DNA of 64,000 nt from contig OX597823.1 of assembly GCA_951406725.2 (NCBI GenBank), positions 31,806,001 through 31,870,000 of the forward strand. The letters run 5' to 3'. The notes below the pieces were generated by a model. The model saw only the letters and a list, made by a program, of their open reading frames with translations. It made no database searches and was not told the origin of the DNA. This document shows, in pieces, positions 13,148 to 25,813 of the stretch. The translations under genes were made by a program, and so were the position numbers. The stretch's first letter is position 1. Each line of letters opens with the position of its first letter. The DNA is from Octopus vulgaris. Its lineage: Eukaryota.

Positions 13148-13623
13148 TATATATTTTTGAGATGAGGAATCATGTACATTATTCACACCGGACAGAGGTG
13201 TCCTCACCTTGTTTGTTGTTACCACAACATTCCGGCTGATGTACCCTCCAGCCTTCATCAAGGTGTCATGGAATTTCGATCCCCAACCCTTTATATGACT
13301 AATGGGGTACTCTGTTCTCATTCCTAAGGTATTCTTTTTTGCCTACAGGCATATAGTGTAGCGGATAAGAGCATGGGCTACTAACCCTCAAATTCTGAGT
13401 TCAATCCCTGGCATGGACTAAGGAAATAATATCAGCAGAAAAAAATTACATCAGCAAAATAAAATACCTTAGGGATGAGAACAGTGTACCCCATTAGTCA
13501 AATAAAGGGTTGGGGACTGAAATTCTACCAGAACACCTGATGAAGGCTGGAGAATACTTCAGCCAAAACACTGTGGAAACAACAAACAAGGTGAGGACAC
13601 CTATTCATCCATTGTAAATAATG
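13148..13623 (+). mobile_element. Composite element D: inverted HHR unit, tRNA-derived head, HHR unit
   Basis: 13178-13333 is the reverse complement of 13463-13623; head 13348-13412 has A-box TAGTGTAGCGG and B-box GAGTTCAATCC; HHR-like core acac-ctgatga-a-ggctg…cagcc-aaaac at 13533-13570. Confidence 0.75.
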
Positions 13624-13939
13624 GTTGATATATGTTTATATGTATATACATGTACATTTACATGTGTATGTACATATGTGTGTGTGTATGCATATATGTA
13701 AATATTTGAATGTGTGTATATATGTGTATACATTTGCATATATGTACATATTTGTATGTACATATATTTACATATGTAATTGTGTGTGTGTACACACATG
13801 CAGACATGCAAACAGGTGAGTGAATGAAAGAAATCTGACACTCAAAACATTCTGCTTAAGTTGGATTTATGAATAGAGAATATAAAAGTTATGCCCACTT
13901 TTGAATTCCTTTCAAAACGCGTGTGTGCGTGTATGTGTG

Positions 13940-14995
13940 TGTGTGCAACTCTTTGCTTGAGTGGGCCATAGAACCAATGCCAAAGTAGACATTAGAGCAC
14001 AATGCTGTTTTAGGACCCACCAGATCCTTTCAAATCACTCAAACCACACTAGCATGGAACATAGGAGTGTGAGTGGATGAACATTCTCCAATCCATTCTT
14101 ATTCTGGCTACTATATTTTCAGAGCAACCACCTCCCTTGCTAATTACATCTCCTACGTAACAAAGACTATCAACTACTACTAGTGAGCCATCTAGGCATA
14201 TAAGCGAACCTATTTCCAGTGATTTCCTCAAACATGCAGATCCAGTGCATCTATCACATATGAAGCTTATGTCCTCTGCAGGTCTGCCTCTGATTCTGTT
14301 ACATCTATCGTATGTCCATCACTAACATTAAATATAGCATATAGAGTTTACACTTACTCCTTCTCGGCATATCAAGTGAAGCCATTTTCCTCATGATACC
14401 CAGGCCCTGTCTTCTTTCCTATTCACTGAAACCTTAAACTCTGCAAAGCTTACCTTAAGACCTCTCAATTCTAGCTTTATCATCCATGCCCAGAATTTCC
14501 TCTCTAATTCCCCAGTAGATTGAGCTACAGTATATAGAAATTCCCATGGACAAGCCAGTCTTAAACACTTCTAGGATGGTCTGTAGGACTATGATGAATA
14601 GGAGAAGACAAAATTGAGCTTTGATGGACTCCAACTCTCTTGCTAAATTCATAACTGAGGTCGTTGTTGACTCTTACTTAACTTACTGCATCTTTGTACA
14701 AGGCTTGTACAACTCGCACAAGCCATTCATTGCATGTAATCTCCTAAGTGACCACCAGATTACCGAATGTAGTACCCTGCTGTCAAATGCCTTCTTGAAG
14801 TCAACAAAAACCTCAAATAACAGTTTACACTTGGCCAAGTATTTCTCCTGCTGTTGCCTGACTAGTAGAATCACATCCATGGTACCTCTTCCAGCTCCAT
14901 CCTATCATGAACCAACTGTACTACAGCTCTCTCTCTCTCTCTCGCCTCCCTCTCTCTCTCGCCTCCCTCTCTCTGACTGTCATAACCTGATCCAG
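13940..14995 (-). mobile_element. Decayed RTE-clade LINE reverse-transcriptase fragment
   Basis: Minus ORFs MDVILLVRQQQEKY…FVDFKKAFDSRV (RT motif), LLFIIVLQTI and SLCYVGDVISKGGGCSENIVARIRMDW, broken by frameshifts. Confidence 0.85.
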
Positions 14996-15191
14996 TACTT
15001 GATTTCTCAACAGCTTTTCTCTCTAAAACATCTCTTTTGCCTTATATATATATATATATCAGGTTATGACAGTAAGAGAGAGGGAGGTGAGAGAGAGAGA
15101 GAGAGCTGTAGCACAGTTGGTTAATGATAGGATGGAGCTGGAAGAGGTACCATGGATGTGATTCTTCTAGTCAGGCAACAGCAGGAGAAAT
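14840..15191. repeat. Inverted duplication of the LINE fragment end
   Basis: 14840-14991 (tatttctcctgctgttgcctgactag…cataacctgat) is the reverse complement of 15057-15191. Confidence 0.85.
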
Positions 15192-15204
15192 ATATATATA
15201 TATT

Positions 15205-15354
15205 GGCTATGTGGTAAGTAGCTTGCTTCCAAACTGCATGGTTCCAGTTTCAGTCCCACTGTGTGACGCCTTGAGCAAGAGTTTTCTACTATAACTTTGG
15301 GCTGACCAAAGCCTTGTGAGTGGATTTGGTAGATGGAAACTCAAAGAAGTCTGT

Positions 15355-15393
<39 letters not shown>

Positions 15394-15590
15394 GTCTGTA
15401 TTTGTTCCCTCACACACCATCACTTGACAACCGATGTTGGTGTGTATACATCCTCATAAACTAGCTATACAGCAAAAGAGACCGATGGAATAAGTACTAG
15501 GCTTACAAAGAATAAGTCCTGGGGTCAATATATTCGACTAAACACGGTGCTCCAGCACGGCCACAGTCAAATGACAAACATAAAAGAATA
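15205..15590 (+). mobile_element. SINE family A
   Basis: Family A consensus with CpG decay. Confidence 0.85.
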
Positions 15591-15764
15591 TATACAAACA
15601 CACACACACACACACATACACACAAATATATACATACATATATATGCATACATATATCCTTCTACATGTACACACACAAACACAATTTCATGTTCACTCA
15701 TGTTCCAAACAACAGCTTAATTAAGATAAAATTGTTTTAATAAATTCTTCATTTTTTCAAAATT

Positions 15765-16181
15765 CGTCATCAGCTCCAGCTCGTATCCGAGTATTGGGTT
15801 TGTCAGTCTCCATCCAATCTCCCCGGCAGATGACTGTGCCGAATGTGACTTTGGAGTCGTCCAAGTCGGTGGTAAAAGAGTCGTGGGCAGAATTCGCACG
15901 GGATGGTTGGTGTGGGTCGAGGATTTTAAAGATGCTCCTTTCTTCTCCTGCATTTTACCTCCTAATTCTGTTGTCTGTTCTGCTCGAAGGAGCTGGCTCC
16001 AATGCAGATAGCAGTCCTCCAGACTGTCTTATCTATAGCTATCTGTTCCAATGAGGATGGCTGGATGTTAGTTTGAACCAGGATCAAAATTGAGCTGGTC
16101 TTTAAAATGGAATTTCGAGTCTCCTCTGTGTCTTGTTCCAATTGCAAGTTCATCATAGGGCATGGTCGTTTTAAGAGACGC
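15765..16181 (-). mobile_element. 5'-truncated RTE LINE 3' end flanked by ~52-bp direct repeats
   Basis: Minus ORF …QTNIQPSSLEQIAIDKTVWRTAICIGASSFEQNRQQN resembles the RTE C-terminus; cagcttaattaaga(t/c)aaaattgttttaataaattcttcatt…caaaatt at 15713-15764 and 16182-16234. Confidence 0.75.
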
Positions 16182-16861
16182 CAGCTTAATTAAGACAAAA
16201 TTGTTTTAATAAATTCTTCATTATTCTCAAAATTAATTAAAACAAAACTAGTGTATTTCAACAGAAAGGACTGTCACCTTGCCTCATCAAAACTATCAGT
16301 AAATAACAACAACAGATGTTTGTTTTCAATGACACTAACACCACTACTGCAAGCGATGCATATAAATAGAGTTGCAGCCAATAGCCTGAATGTGTGAAAA
16401 ACATTTCAGCTGCAAAACATTCTGATCCTTAAAACATCTGGACGATTTCCTGTGTAAGACACCAGATAATACTGGCACTAACTGAGAAGATCAGAAGTAG
16501 AGTGGAACGATAAACTGCAGAATAGACCAAATACTAATGTGAAGTAAAATGGTGCAGCAGCATAGGGAGTAATGGACACGTAGCTGACACAGGAAAAAGA
16601 TCAACAACACAAAAAAATATTTCCGTCATATTCAAGAAAGGTAACGCAAATAAAATATGCCAGAGTAGTCTCCCTTAGACATTCTAACACTAGCGTTGTG
16701 CGTTGAGTTAAGAATTTTATTTTTAAAAGCATTTCCTGGTTATGGGGTAGTGTGAAATCTTCTCCTTTGATCAACCTTTTTTCTTTTTATTTGTTGACCC
16801 CTTTAATTCTTATTTTATTGTGGTGGACCCTCAAAACTTTTCGATGTTATTATATGTTTGA

Positions 16862-17260
16862 GGTGCAGGAGTGGCTGTGTGGTAAGTAGCTTATATACCA
16901 ACCACATGGTTCTGGATTCAGCACCACTACGTGGCACCTTGGGCAAGTGTCTTCTACCATAGCCTCGGGTCGAGCAAAGCCTTATGAGTGGATTTGGTAG
17001 ACGGAAACTGAAAGAAGCCCGTCGTATATATATGTACGTGGGTGTATATGTTAGTGTGTCTGTGTTTGTCCCCCTCCCCTCCCCACATCGCTTGACAACT
17101 TATGCTGATGTGTTTACGTCCTCGTAACTTAGCGGTTCGGTAAAAGATACCGATAGAATAAGTACTAGGCTTACAAAGAATAAGTCCTGGAGTCGATTTG
17201 CTCAACTAAAGGCAGTGCTCCAGCATGGCTGCAGTCAAATGACTGAAACAAGTAAAAGAG
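16862..17260 (+). mobile_element. SINE family A, full length
   Basis: Near-consensus copy. Confidence 0.9.
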
Positions 17261-17409
17261 CTAAATATAATCAGGAATTGTATTTTAAAATATGTTTAAA
17301 TATTTGGTGTATTTTAAGAATAAATCTTAAATGAACCCCCGCAGGTTCTATGGAGCCCAGTTGAGAACCATTGCTCAAAGACAAATTTTACCAATAGGAG
17401 TTCAATCTG

Positions 17410-17665
17410 CTGGTGGCATGTAAAAAGCACCATTTGGGCATGGTCGATGCCAGTACTGCCTGACTGGCCCTCATGCCGGCAGCACATAAAAAGCACCCAC
17501 TAGGCTCTTGGAGTGGTTGGCACTAGGAAGGGCATCCCGCTGTAGAAACTTTGCCAGATCAGATTGGAGCCTGGTGCAGCCTCCTGGCTCACCAGCCCTC
17601 AGTCAAACCGTCCAACCCGTTCAAGCATGGAAAGCATACGTTAAACAATGATGATGGTGATGATG
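17410..17665 (+). mobile_element. Retroposon family C with (GAT)n tail
   Basis: aaaagcacccact…gagtggttggc…aggaagggcatcc…gcatggaaagc…ttaaacaatgatgat; many copies in the window. Confidence 0.8.
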
Positions 17666-19134
17666 ACACACACATTGAATCAATAATTATTTCAATCCTT
17701 TATATTAATGAAATATTGAGGCACAGTCAAGGTTATGTGTTAACGTCTTTGCTTTGTAACCATGTGGTTTTGAGATCAGTTCCCCTGAACAGTACCCTAG
17801 GCAAATGTCTTTTACTACAGACCCAGGTTGACCAATGCATCATGAATGGAGTTAGTGAAAGGAAACTGTATGGAAACCTATCGAGTGTGTGTGTATGTGT
17901 GTGTGCACAAATGTTTTATTCTACTCTAGGTACAAGGCCCGAAACTTTGTGGGAGGGGTCCAGTCAATTAGATTGACCCCAGTACACAACTGGCACTTAA
18001 TTTATTGATCCTGAAAGGATGAAAGACAAAAGTTGACCTCAGCGGAATTTGAACTCTGAACGTAAAGGCAGACAAAATACCGCTAAACATTTCACCCAGC
18101 CTGCTAACACTTCTACCAGATTACTGCCTCATTGACAATCTACTCCTTCGTCCATCACCAACTAAGAGCAAAATGGCAATATAATGTTTACATTGCTTAT
18201 CGACGCAATGGATGGTCCTTTTGTGCTTTGAAGACCATTGTCTTTAATGTTCACTTTTCCACGCTTGAATGTGTCAGACGGAATTTGTTGAAGCGGATTT
18301 TCTATAGCTGGATGCCCTTCCTACTGTCAACCTTCCCTTGTTTCCAAGCAAAGTAATACTTCCCATGGCCAGATGTGGTTTTTACGGAAGGTTGAGGAGG
18401 GACAACATTGCTTGAGCAATGGTGATGCTCATTTACAAGCACCACGTGATGTGAAGGCAAAGGATGCCTCACACACACACACACACACACACACTCACAT
18501 ATGACAGGCTTCTTTTAGTTTCCATCTAGCAAATTCACTCACAAGACATTGGTCAGCTCAGGGCTATAGTAGAAGACTCTTGCTTATAGGACTGAACCCA
18601 GAACCGCATGGTTGGGAAGCAAACTTCTTACAACACAGTCATAGCTGCACCTAGTATGCATGTGAGTGGGTGGATGTATACGCGTGTGTGTCATTGTTTT
18701 GATGCCCGCTTTTCCATGCTAGCATGGATCGGACGGAATTTATTGAGGCAGATTTTCTACAGCTTGATGCCCTTCCTGTCACCAACCCTCACCTGTTTCC
18801 AAGCAAGGTCATATTTCGCCACAGCCAGATGTATCTGCACAGAAATGAATATCACTATATTTAAGGGTATTTGGCTGTTGTTTGCAGCAGGTCAGTTGAT
18901 CACTTAGTGCACAGACGAACAACTTGCATTTGTAACAATCTACTTTTTTTCCATTTTTTCACATTTATTTCTCATCTTCATCATTTAGCATCCACTTTCC
19001 ATGCTGGCATGGGTTAAATGGTTTGACTGGAACTAGTAAGCTGAAAGCCCTTCCTAATGCCAACCACTCCAAGAGTGTAGTGGGTATATTTTACATGTCA
19101 GTGCCACCAGCCATGACTAGAAATATCTTATATA

Positions 19135-19370
19135 ATTATTTCTTTATTGCCTACAAGGAGCTGAACACAGAGGGGACAAACAAGGACAGACAAAAGGATT
19201 AAGTCAATTACATCAACCCCATGGCACAACTGGTACTTATTTAATCAACCCTGAAAAGATGAAAGGCAAAGTTGACCTTGGCAGAATTTGAACTCAGAAC
19301 ATAATGGCAGACAAAATACCGCTAAGCATTTCGTCTGGCATGCTAACGATTCTACCAGCTTGCTGCCTTA
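19135..19370 (-). mobile_element. SINE family B
   Basis: Reverse complement of family B (see 37350-37581). Confidence 0.85.
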
Positions 19371-19389
19371 TATAATTGTCACTGCTTGT

Positions 19390-19750
19390 ATCATCATCAT
19401 CAAGTGTTTTAAATCCAGGTTTTGTCCCTGTTAACGGGGGTGGCCAGATCGACCTCAATACCATAGCATCCATCCTCACACCATCTTGCCCAGTTTGGGG
19501 CGTCCTCCTTTTTCAAACCAACCCTCCGAATCTCCTCCTCCACCTGTCCCCTCTACCTTTTCCTTAGTCTGCCTCACTTTCATGCTCCATTTACCTCAAA
19601 TGCAATCACCCTCCTCAGTACATGCTCTTCATCCCTCCTCAACACATGCCCATACCACCGCACTCCATTCGCCCTTCCCAACCATTCTACCGATTACTCC
19701 AACCCCAGCATCTCTGTCAAATCCTCAGTCCTCCTCTTATCAAACAGTGT
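19390..19750 (-). mobile_element. RTE LINE 3' end with (GAT)n tail, same family as 57990-58480
   Basis: Homologous to 57990-58360 (catgcccataccaccgcactccatt = reverse of NGVRWYGHV). Confidence 0.85.
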
Positions 19751-20503
19751 ATGACAGTGACAAATATTTACAACTATCATGTGTGTGTGTGTGTGTGTGT
19801 GTTATTTTTATTATTATGATTTCAAACAGTCTGATTCAGCCCCATGCAACTTAAAGCTTTATAGGTTTCTTATGGAAACCTATCTCGTTGGGGTCAGTTA
19901 ACCAAATGGAGTGTAGCAGGAAGTTGAAGATGGCTCAGTTTCCATCTACCAAATCCACTTATATGGCTTTGGTTAGCTCAGGGCTATAGTAGCAGACACT
20001 TGCCCATGAAGCAATGAGGTGGCAATGAGCTCCAAATCACACAATTAGGAAGCAAACTTCTTAACCACAGAGCCACACCTGCAAATGGCATTCATCTCTT
20101 TGTCTTGCATTGCATGACAGTTCGAAATGATTTTCTGTTATACAAGCTGTGTCATTCATTCCCAACCTCCTGCAAAAATATGTCAAGCCAAGGTAAATAT
20201 TATCTGGCTTGGTGAGCGATAATATTTACCAAGCCAGATAATCCCAAGGTGCGACTGCATGTGTAGGCCATGTTATGTTTCTGTGGAAGACATCACACAT
20301 GTGATTACCAGCTGTCCTAAAATGTCGTCATGGTACTACCTCCCTCTGTGGCACGATGTTGTTGCTAAAACCAAGCCAGATAATATTTACCAAGCCAGGT
20401 GAGCGATGGCAACCAGAAGGACACCTGGCCATAGGAAATCTGTCTGAATAAGCCCCCTTCCAACCCATGCCAGCATGGAAAAGTGTTGAGGATGATGATA
20501 ATG

Positions 20504-20540
<37 letters not shown>

Positions 20541-22086
20541 TGTGTGAGCGTGCTTGTGTGTGCATGTGTATACACGTATATGTTTGTGTCTTCTTCCTGT
20601 ATGGATGATGACTGAAAACAAGGACAGCACCTTTAGAAACTTTGTCAAACTGAGAAGTGATTTGTTTCTCAGCTTCTAAACTATCTTTTTGTTAATCATA
20701 TGCTGTTGACAGTGCAGCAACAACCTTCACACAAATACACAGCAATACAGGAATGTGAAGTTAAATAAGGAGCTTCTACGTAGTCACTCAACCCGCTAGA
20801 AATAGCTGCCAAATCTCTCAAAACACATACTAATGTCTTTAAAAAGGGGAAGGAAAGAGATGCTGTTGTCCAAGATGTACAAAATGAAGGGACAGTCAAC
20901 ACTGGAAAGCTTTTCCTCATTGGTCAGCTCAGTCATTGCTGACCCAGAGCTACAAAATATGTTCAAAGAAATCACAGTGGATCTCAAACATGGCTCTCAT
21001 GGTTAATGCAGTTCAATGATTTCACTGAGTGGTGAGTCAGTCTATCATTTTATATTGTGGTTAGTTCTGATTTCATGACTGAAAGTGAAGGACAAATAAA
21101 GCTAACCACCACCATTCTTACACCCCATATATTAATACATACACCAATACTCATTAGATGGAGAGGTGATTAGATTATCTTAGATGACATTCCAAGGGAA
21201 TCTTGCGGAATCCGTTCCACACAACTACAATAACTGAAAGCATAAAAAATGCACAGGAATATTAGATGCACCCTAATTTCAGTAGTGCATATGCAAGGAA
21301 AAGAATTTTAATGCATTAAAGCATATAACATAGATCTAGATTCACATACAGGACCTGGGAGTATTTTTTGAGACATGTTTTGGAAAAAAAAAGTGCACCT
21401 TTTATACCATCAAATACAGCAACTTCACAAGATAACAGAATAATGTCATATTCTGAAATACTACCCCATTGTTTCTTAGTGTCCCTGTCCATCTGTCCCT
21501 CTCTCTCTCTCTCCCCCCCCTCTCTCTGTATCATGGGACCAATTAGCAAGGGAAACCCCACGCAAACCTTATTTGGAAGTATTCTGATTATCATCATCAT
21601 TGTTATTATTCATTGCCGGAATCAGATGGACTTCATTAGGGTGGGTTTTATTTGGGCGGATGCTCTTCCTGTCGCTGACCCCCACCTGTTTCCAAGCAAA
21701 GTAATATTTCCAATGCTGAGGCAATGACTTGAAAAGCTTACGTAGGTTATACTGACTCCAGTATTTCACAAGTGGTGCTTATTTCATTGATTCCTATTTA
21801 GCGAACAGCTAAGTTAGCGTTTTTGATAAAGGGATGCAATTCAGTACAGGTTTTTCACAGGTGATCTGGCAGAGAAAGCTTTTTACCATTTTGCTCAACC
21901 CATGAGAAAAAACAACCAAATTTTTCTTCAAATCATGCATCCTACTAACTTAAAACAAAATGACAGCATTAGAAAATCTACTACAAACAGGCAGAGTGGT
22001 CAAAGCAGGAATGTCTTTGATCATAGATTTCTTTAAGCTCCATGTAAACAACAAAAAGCACTCATTCACTATAAAAGTCACTCCAA

Positions 22087-22532
22087 GGCAGCAAGATGGC
22101 AGAAACGTTAGCATGCCTGGTTAAATGCTTAGCGGTATTTCATCTCTCTTTACATTCTGAGTTCAAATTCTACCGAGGTCGACTTTGCCTTTCATCCTTT
22201 TGGGGGGTTGATAAATTAAGTACCAGTTGCATACTGGGGTCGATCTAATCGACTGGTCCCCTCTTCAAAAATGTCGGGCCTTGTGTGTGCCTAGAGTAGA
22301 AAAGAATATTATTCCTAGTCAGCAAGCTAGCAGAAAAGGTAGCACGCCGGGCGAAAAGCTTAGTGGTATTTCGTCTGTCTTTATGTTCTGAGTTCAAATT
22401 CCACCGAAGTCGACTTTACCTTTCATTCTTTTGGGGTCAATAAATTAAGTACAATTTGCATACTGGGGTTGATCTAATTGACTGACCCCCTCCCCCAAAA
22501 TTTTGGGCCTTGTGCCTAGAGTAGAAAAGAAC
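22087..22532 (+). mobile_element. Two tandem family B SINEs
   Basis: Each reads …ggcagaaa…gttagca…gagttcaaatt…tttcatccttt…cctagagtagaaaaga. Confidence 0.85.
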
Positions 22533-24538
22533 ATAAAAGCCTCTCTCTCTTTCCCGTCTCTCTCACATCATGCTAACCCTGCTCCAGTTGCAGCCCTCCA
22601 CTCATTGATATTGATTTCCCAAACAGCTTGTGAATTTGGCACAAGACTAGGGAGGTCCTTTGAAGGGGAGGGGTGTAAGTTGATACCATCAACTCCAGCA
22701 CATGAATGGTACTTTACTTTTATCAATCCCAAAAGGATGACTCTGAGTGGATAAATCTTTCACCTGTATTGCCATCCTAAATAAAATTGAGACTACCACA
22801 GAACCCCTGTGCCAGGGGTTGGCAACAATTGACCAGCTGGGGAGCTCTCTGTAAGCATCAGACTTTTAATAATAATTTTATACGTTAAATGTTTTGTGGA
22901 AAAGCTGGGATGGCTTTTAAAAAGTCTTTTGTGTTAGGATTTAATTTTTAACTCTCATTGTCAGAAAAATAGAAGGACAGGGAATTCACAGGGAAACGTT
23001 ATACGAAAGACATGATTTAATGCTGGCAGTGCCCCAGCATGGCCACAGCTTTAGGATTGAAACATGTAAAAGAATAATAAAATAATAAAGTATTTCTAGG
23101 TCATGAGCAAATGTGAAAAAAAAAAGATAAGAAAAAAGTAGGTTGCCACAAATACAAGTTGATTGCCAATGCACTGAGTGATCGGCTGACCTGCCACAAA
23201 CGACAACCAAATACCCTTAAATACACCCTACTATCTTAACAAAAGACAGGATAGTCATGGCTGGGATGCATTTGATCATAACAGCACATGGCTAAACAAT
23301 AACCAATGTCTTTACATAACAAGTAAATCCGCCAAGATAACAAAACATGATATTATGTAATTCTACACACTGCTAAGTACCTGCCCTGCTTTTGATCACA
23401 GATTTGCATGATCAGGTTTTGACAGGAAGCCAAACAACAACAACAACACACACATATATACATCAATACATACATACGTGTGTGTGTGTAGGTAGGTAGG
23501 TATGCGTTTGTTAAATGTGGAAAGCTTGAAACTGCTGAATCAGCATTTAGTAACTGACAGCTTGAACTAGAAATATCTGACTCAGCGGTTTCTCGGTTAC
23601 GCAGACATCATCAGTCAGGCAGAGGCACAGCAGTCGATACAATCTTGTTCGTAGCTGTCGCAGTTATGCAAACAGTGTGTGTGTGTGTATGTGTGTGTGA
23701 GCATATGCATGCTTAGAAATGTATGAAAGCTGATTAGGAAAGACTGAACAGGTAAAGACAAAAGGAGGTGAGATAAATAAAAAAAATTAAGAATGTACAC
23801 AGTAAAATGTGAACATAGTAATAAGAATGATTAAAATTAGAGCTTAATCGGAGAATAGATAACGAATGTTTTATAATATGCATGAGTGTGTGCACTAGTG
23901 CACACATGTCTATGCGCATCTTTACACACACACACACACCATCACTTTAACATATACTTTTCTATGCCCACATGGGGCTGGTGAGAATTCATTAGGGCAG
24001 ATTTTCTATAGCCAGATGCCCTTCCTGTTGCTAACCCACACCTGTTTCCAAGTAAAGTATTTTTTTTCCCCACGACCAAACGGATTTCCACAGATGATTT
24101 GAAACGAATAACAACACTTGTATGGCAATTAAACTCATTCACAATGAGCAAATTATATCAAGACAAGACAAAAATACAACCAAACACATGCATCTATACA
24201 TACACATTTAAATACATATGCATGCGAGCCAGGGCTGTGGAGACAAAACAAAAACTTCGACTCCAACTCCTCTTTATGTAATTAAGTGATTGTGGTCTAC
24301 ATATCTCATAAAGCATATGCATACGTTTGTGTTATAACTGGTTTATATTAAAGAATAAAGATTTTTTGAGTCAGAATCAGAGTTGGTATACTTTTACGGA
24401 CTCCGATTCCAGATACCCCTTAACTGTTTCCGACTCCACACAAGTGTATTACAATATCTATATAAACACACACAAGTATTTTAATATATACATATAAAAG
24501 TGACACACAGAGTGTATTGTAACGCACACTCACGTCTA

Positions 24539-24591
<53 letters not shown>

Positions 24592-24914
24592 CAGGTGTGA
24601 CTTGTTTCAGTTGCCATCCACCAAATACACTCATCCAGAGAGCTTATGGAGACAAATGAAACCCCAAACCTTGTGGATGGACACACACACACACAGGTAT
24701 GCATAAGTACATCTTTATTTTTTTACCTTTTTTTTTCTATTTCAGTCATTAGATTGTGGCCATGCAGGGGCACCACCTTGAAGAAATTTGGTGAAATGAA
24801 TTGACTTCAGGACTTATGTTTATCAACCCCTTTTGGTGAACCGCTAAGTTACAGGGACGTTAAAAATACCAACACCGGTTGTCAAATAGTAGTGGGAGAG
24901 AAATACAAACACTA

Positions 24915-25205
24915 CCGGCATTCCATCAGTTATGACAACGAGGGTTCCAGTCGATCCAACCAACGGAACAGCCTGCTCGTATAATTAATATGCTAGTGGC
25001 TGAACACCCCACAGACATGCTTACGCAGGGAGATTCAGTATGACACAGAATATGACAAAGCGGGCCCCTTTGTATAACAGCTACAACTGGAGCAATGCAA
25101 AATAAAGTGTCTTGCTGAAGGACAAACACAATGCACCACAAGAAATTGAACTCCTGACCTTACGATCATGAGCTAATTACCCTAACTACTAAGCCACATG
25201 CCTTC
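24915..25205 (-). mobile_element. SINE family F, diverged
   Basis: Reverse complement of the 52275-52655 3' region (gacaacgagggttccagtcgatcc…ggaacagcctg) plus a tRNA-like head. Confidence 0.6.
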
Positions 25206-25752
25206 TCATAACACACACACATATGACAGTTTCCATTTACTAAATCCATTAGCAAGGCTTTGGGCGGCCCGAGGCTATAGCTGAAGACACTTGCCCAAGG
25301 TGCCATGCAGTGGGACTGAACTTGGAACAATCTTCTTATCATACAGCCATATATCATCATCATCATCATTTAACAACCGCCTTCCATACTGGCATGGGTG
25401 ATATATATATATCATCATCATAGTTTAACATGAGCTTTCCATGCTGGCATGGGTGGGATGGTTTGACAAGAGCTGGCCAGGTAGAAGCTTGCACCAGATT
25501 TCTGTAACTGTTTTGGCAGGATTTTTACAGCTGGATGCCCTTCCTAACACCAACCACTCAGCAATGTGGACTTAGTGCTTTTTACATGGTACAAGCACAG
25601 GCAAGGTCAGTTTTGGCAAGGTTTTTACAGCTGGGTGCCCTTCCAAATGCCAACCACTTTACAGTGTAGACTGGGTGCTTTTGAGTGGCACCTGCACTGA
25701 CAGGGTCACCAAGTAACTTGCAAGACGAAAAAATCTCTTTTGAGAGGAGAGG

Positions 25753-25813
<61 letters not shown>

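Noticed and set aside
13348-13412. tRNA gene (also 43362-43430, 52280-52345, 55796-55853)
   Set aside because: A/B boxes are present but no complete cloverleaf; these are SINE heads fused to repeat bodies.
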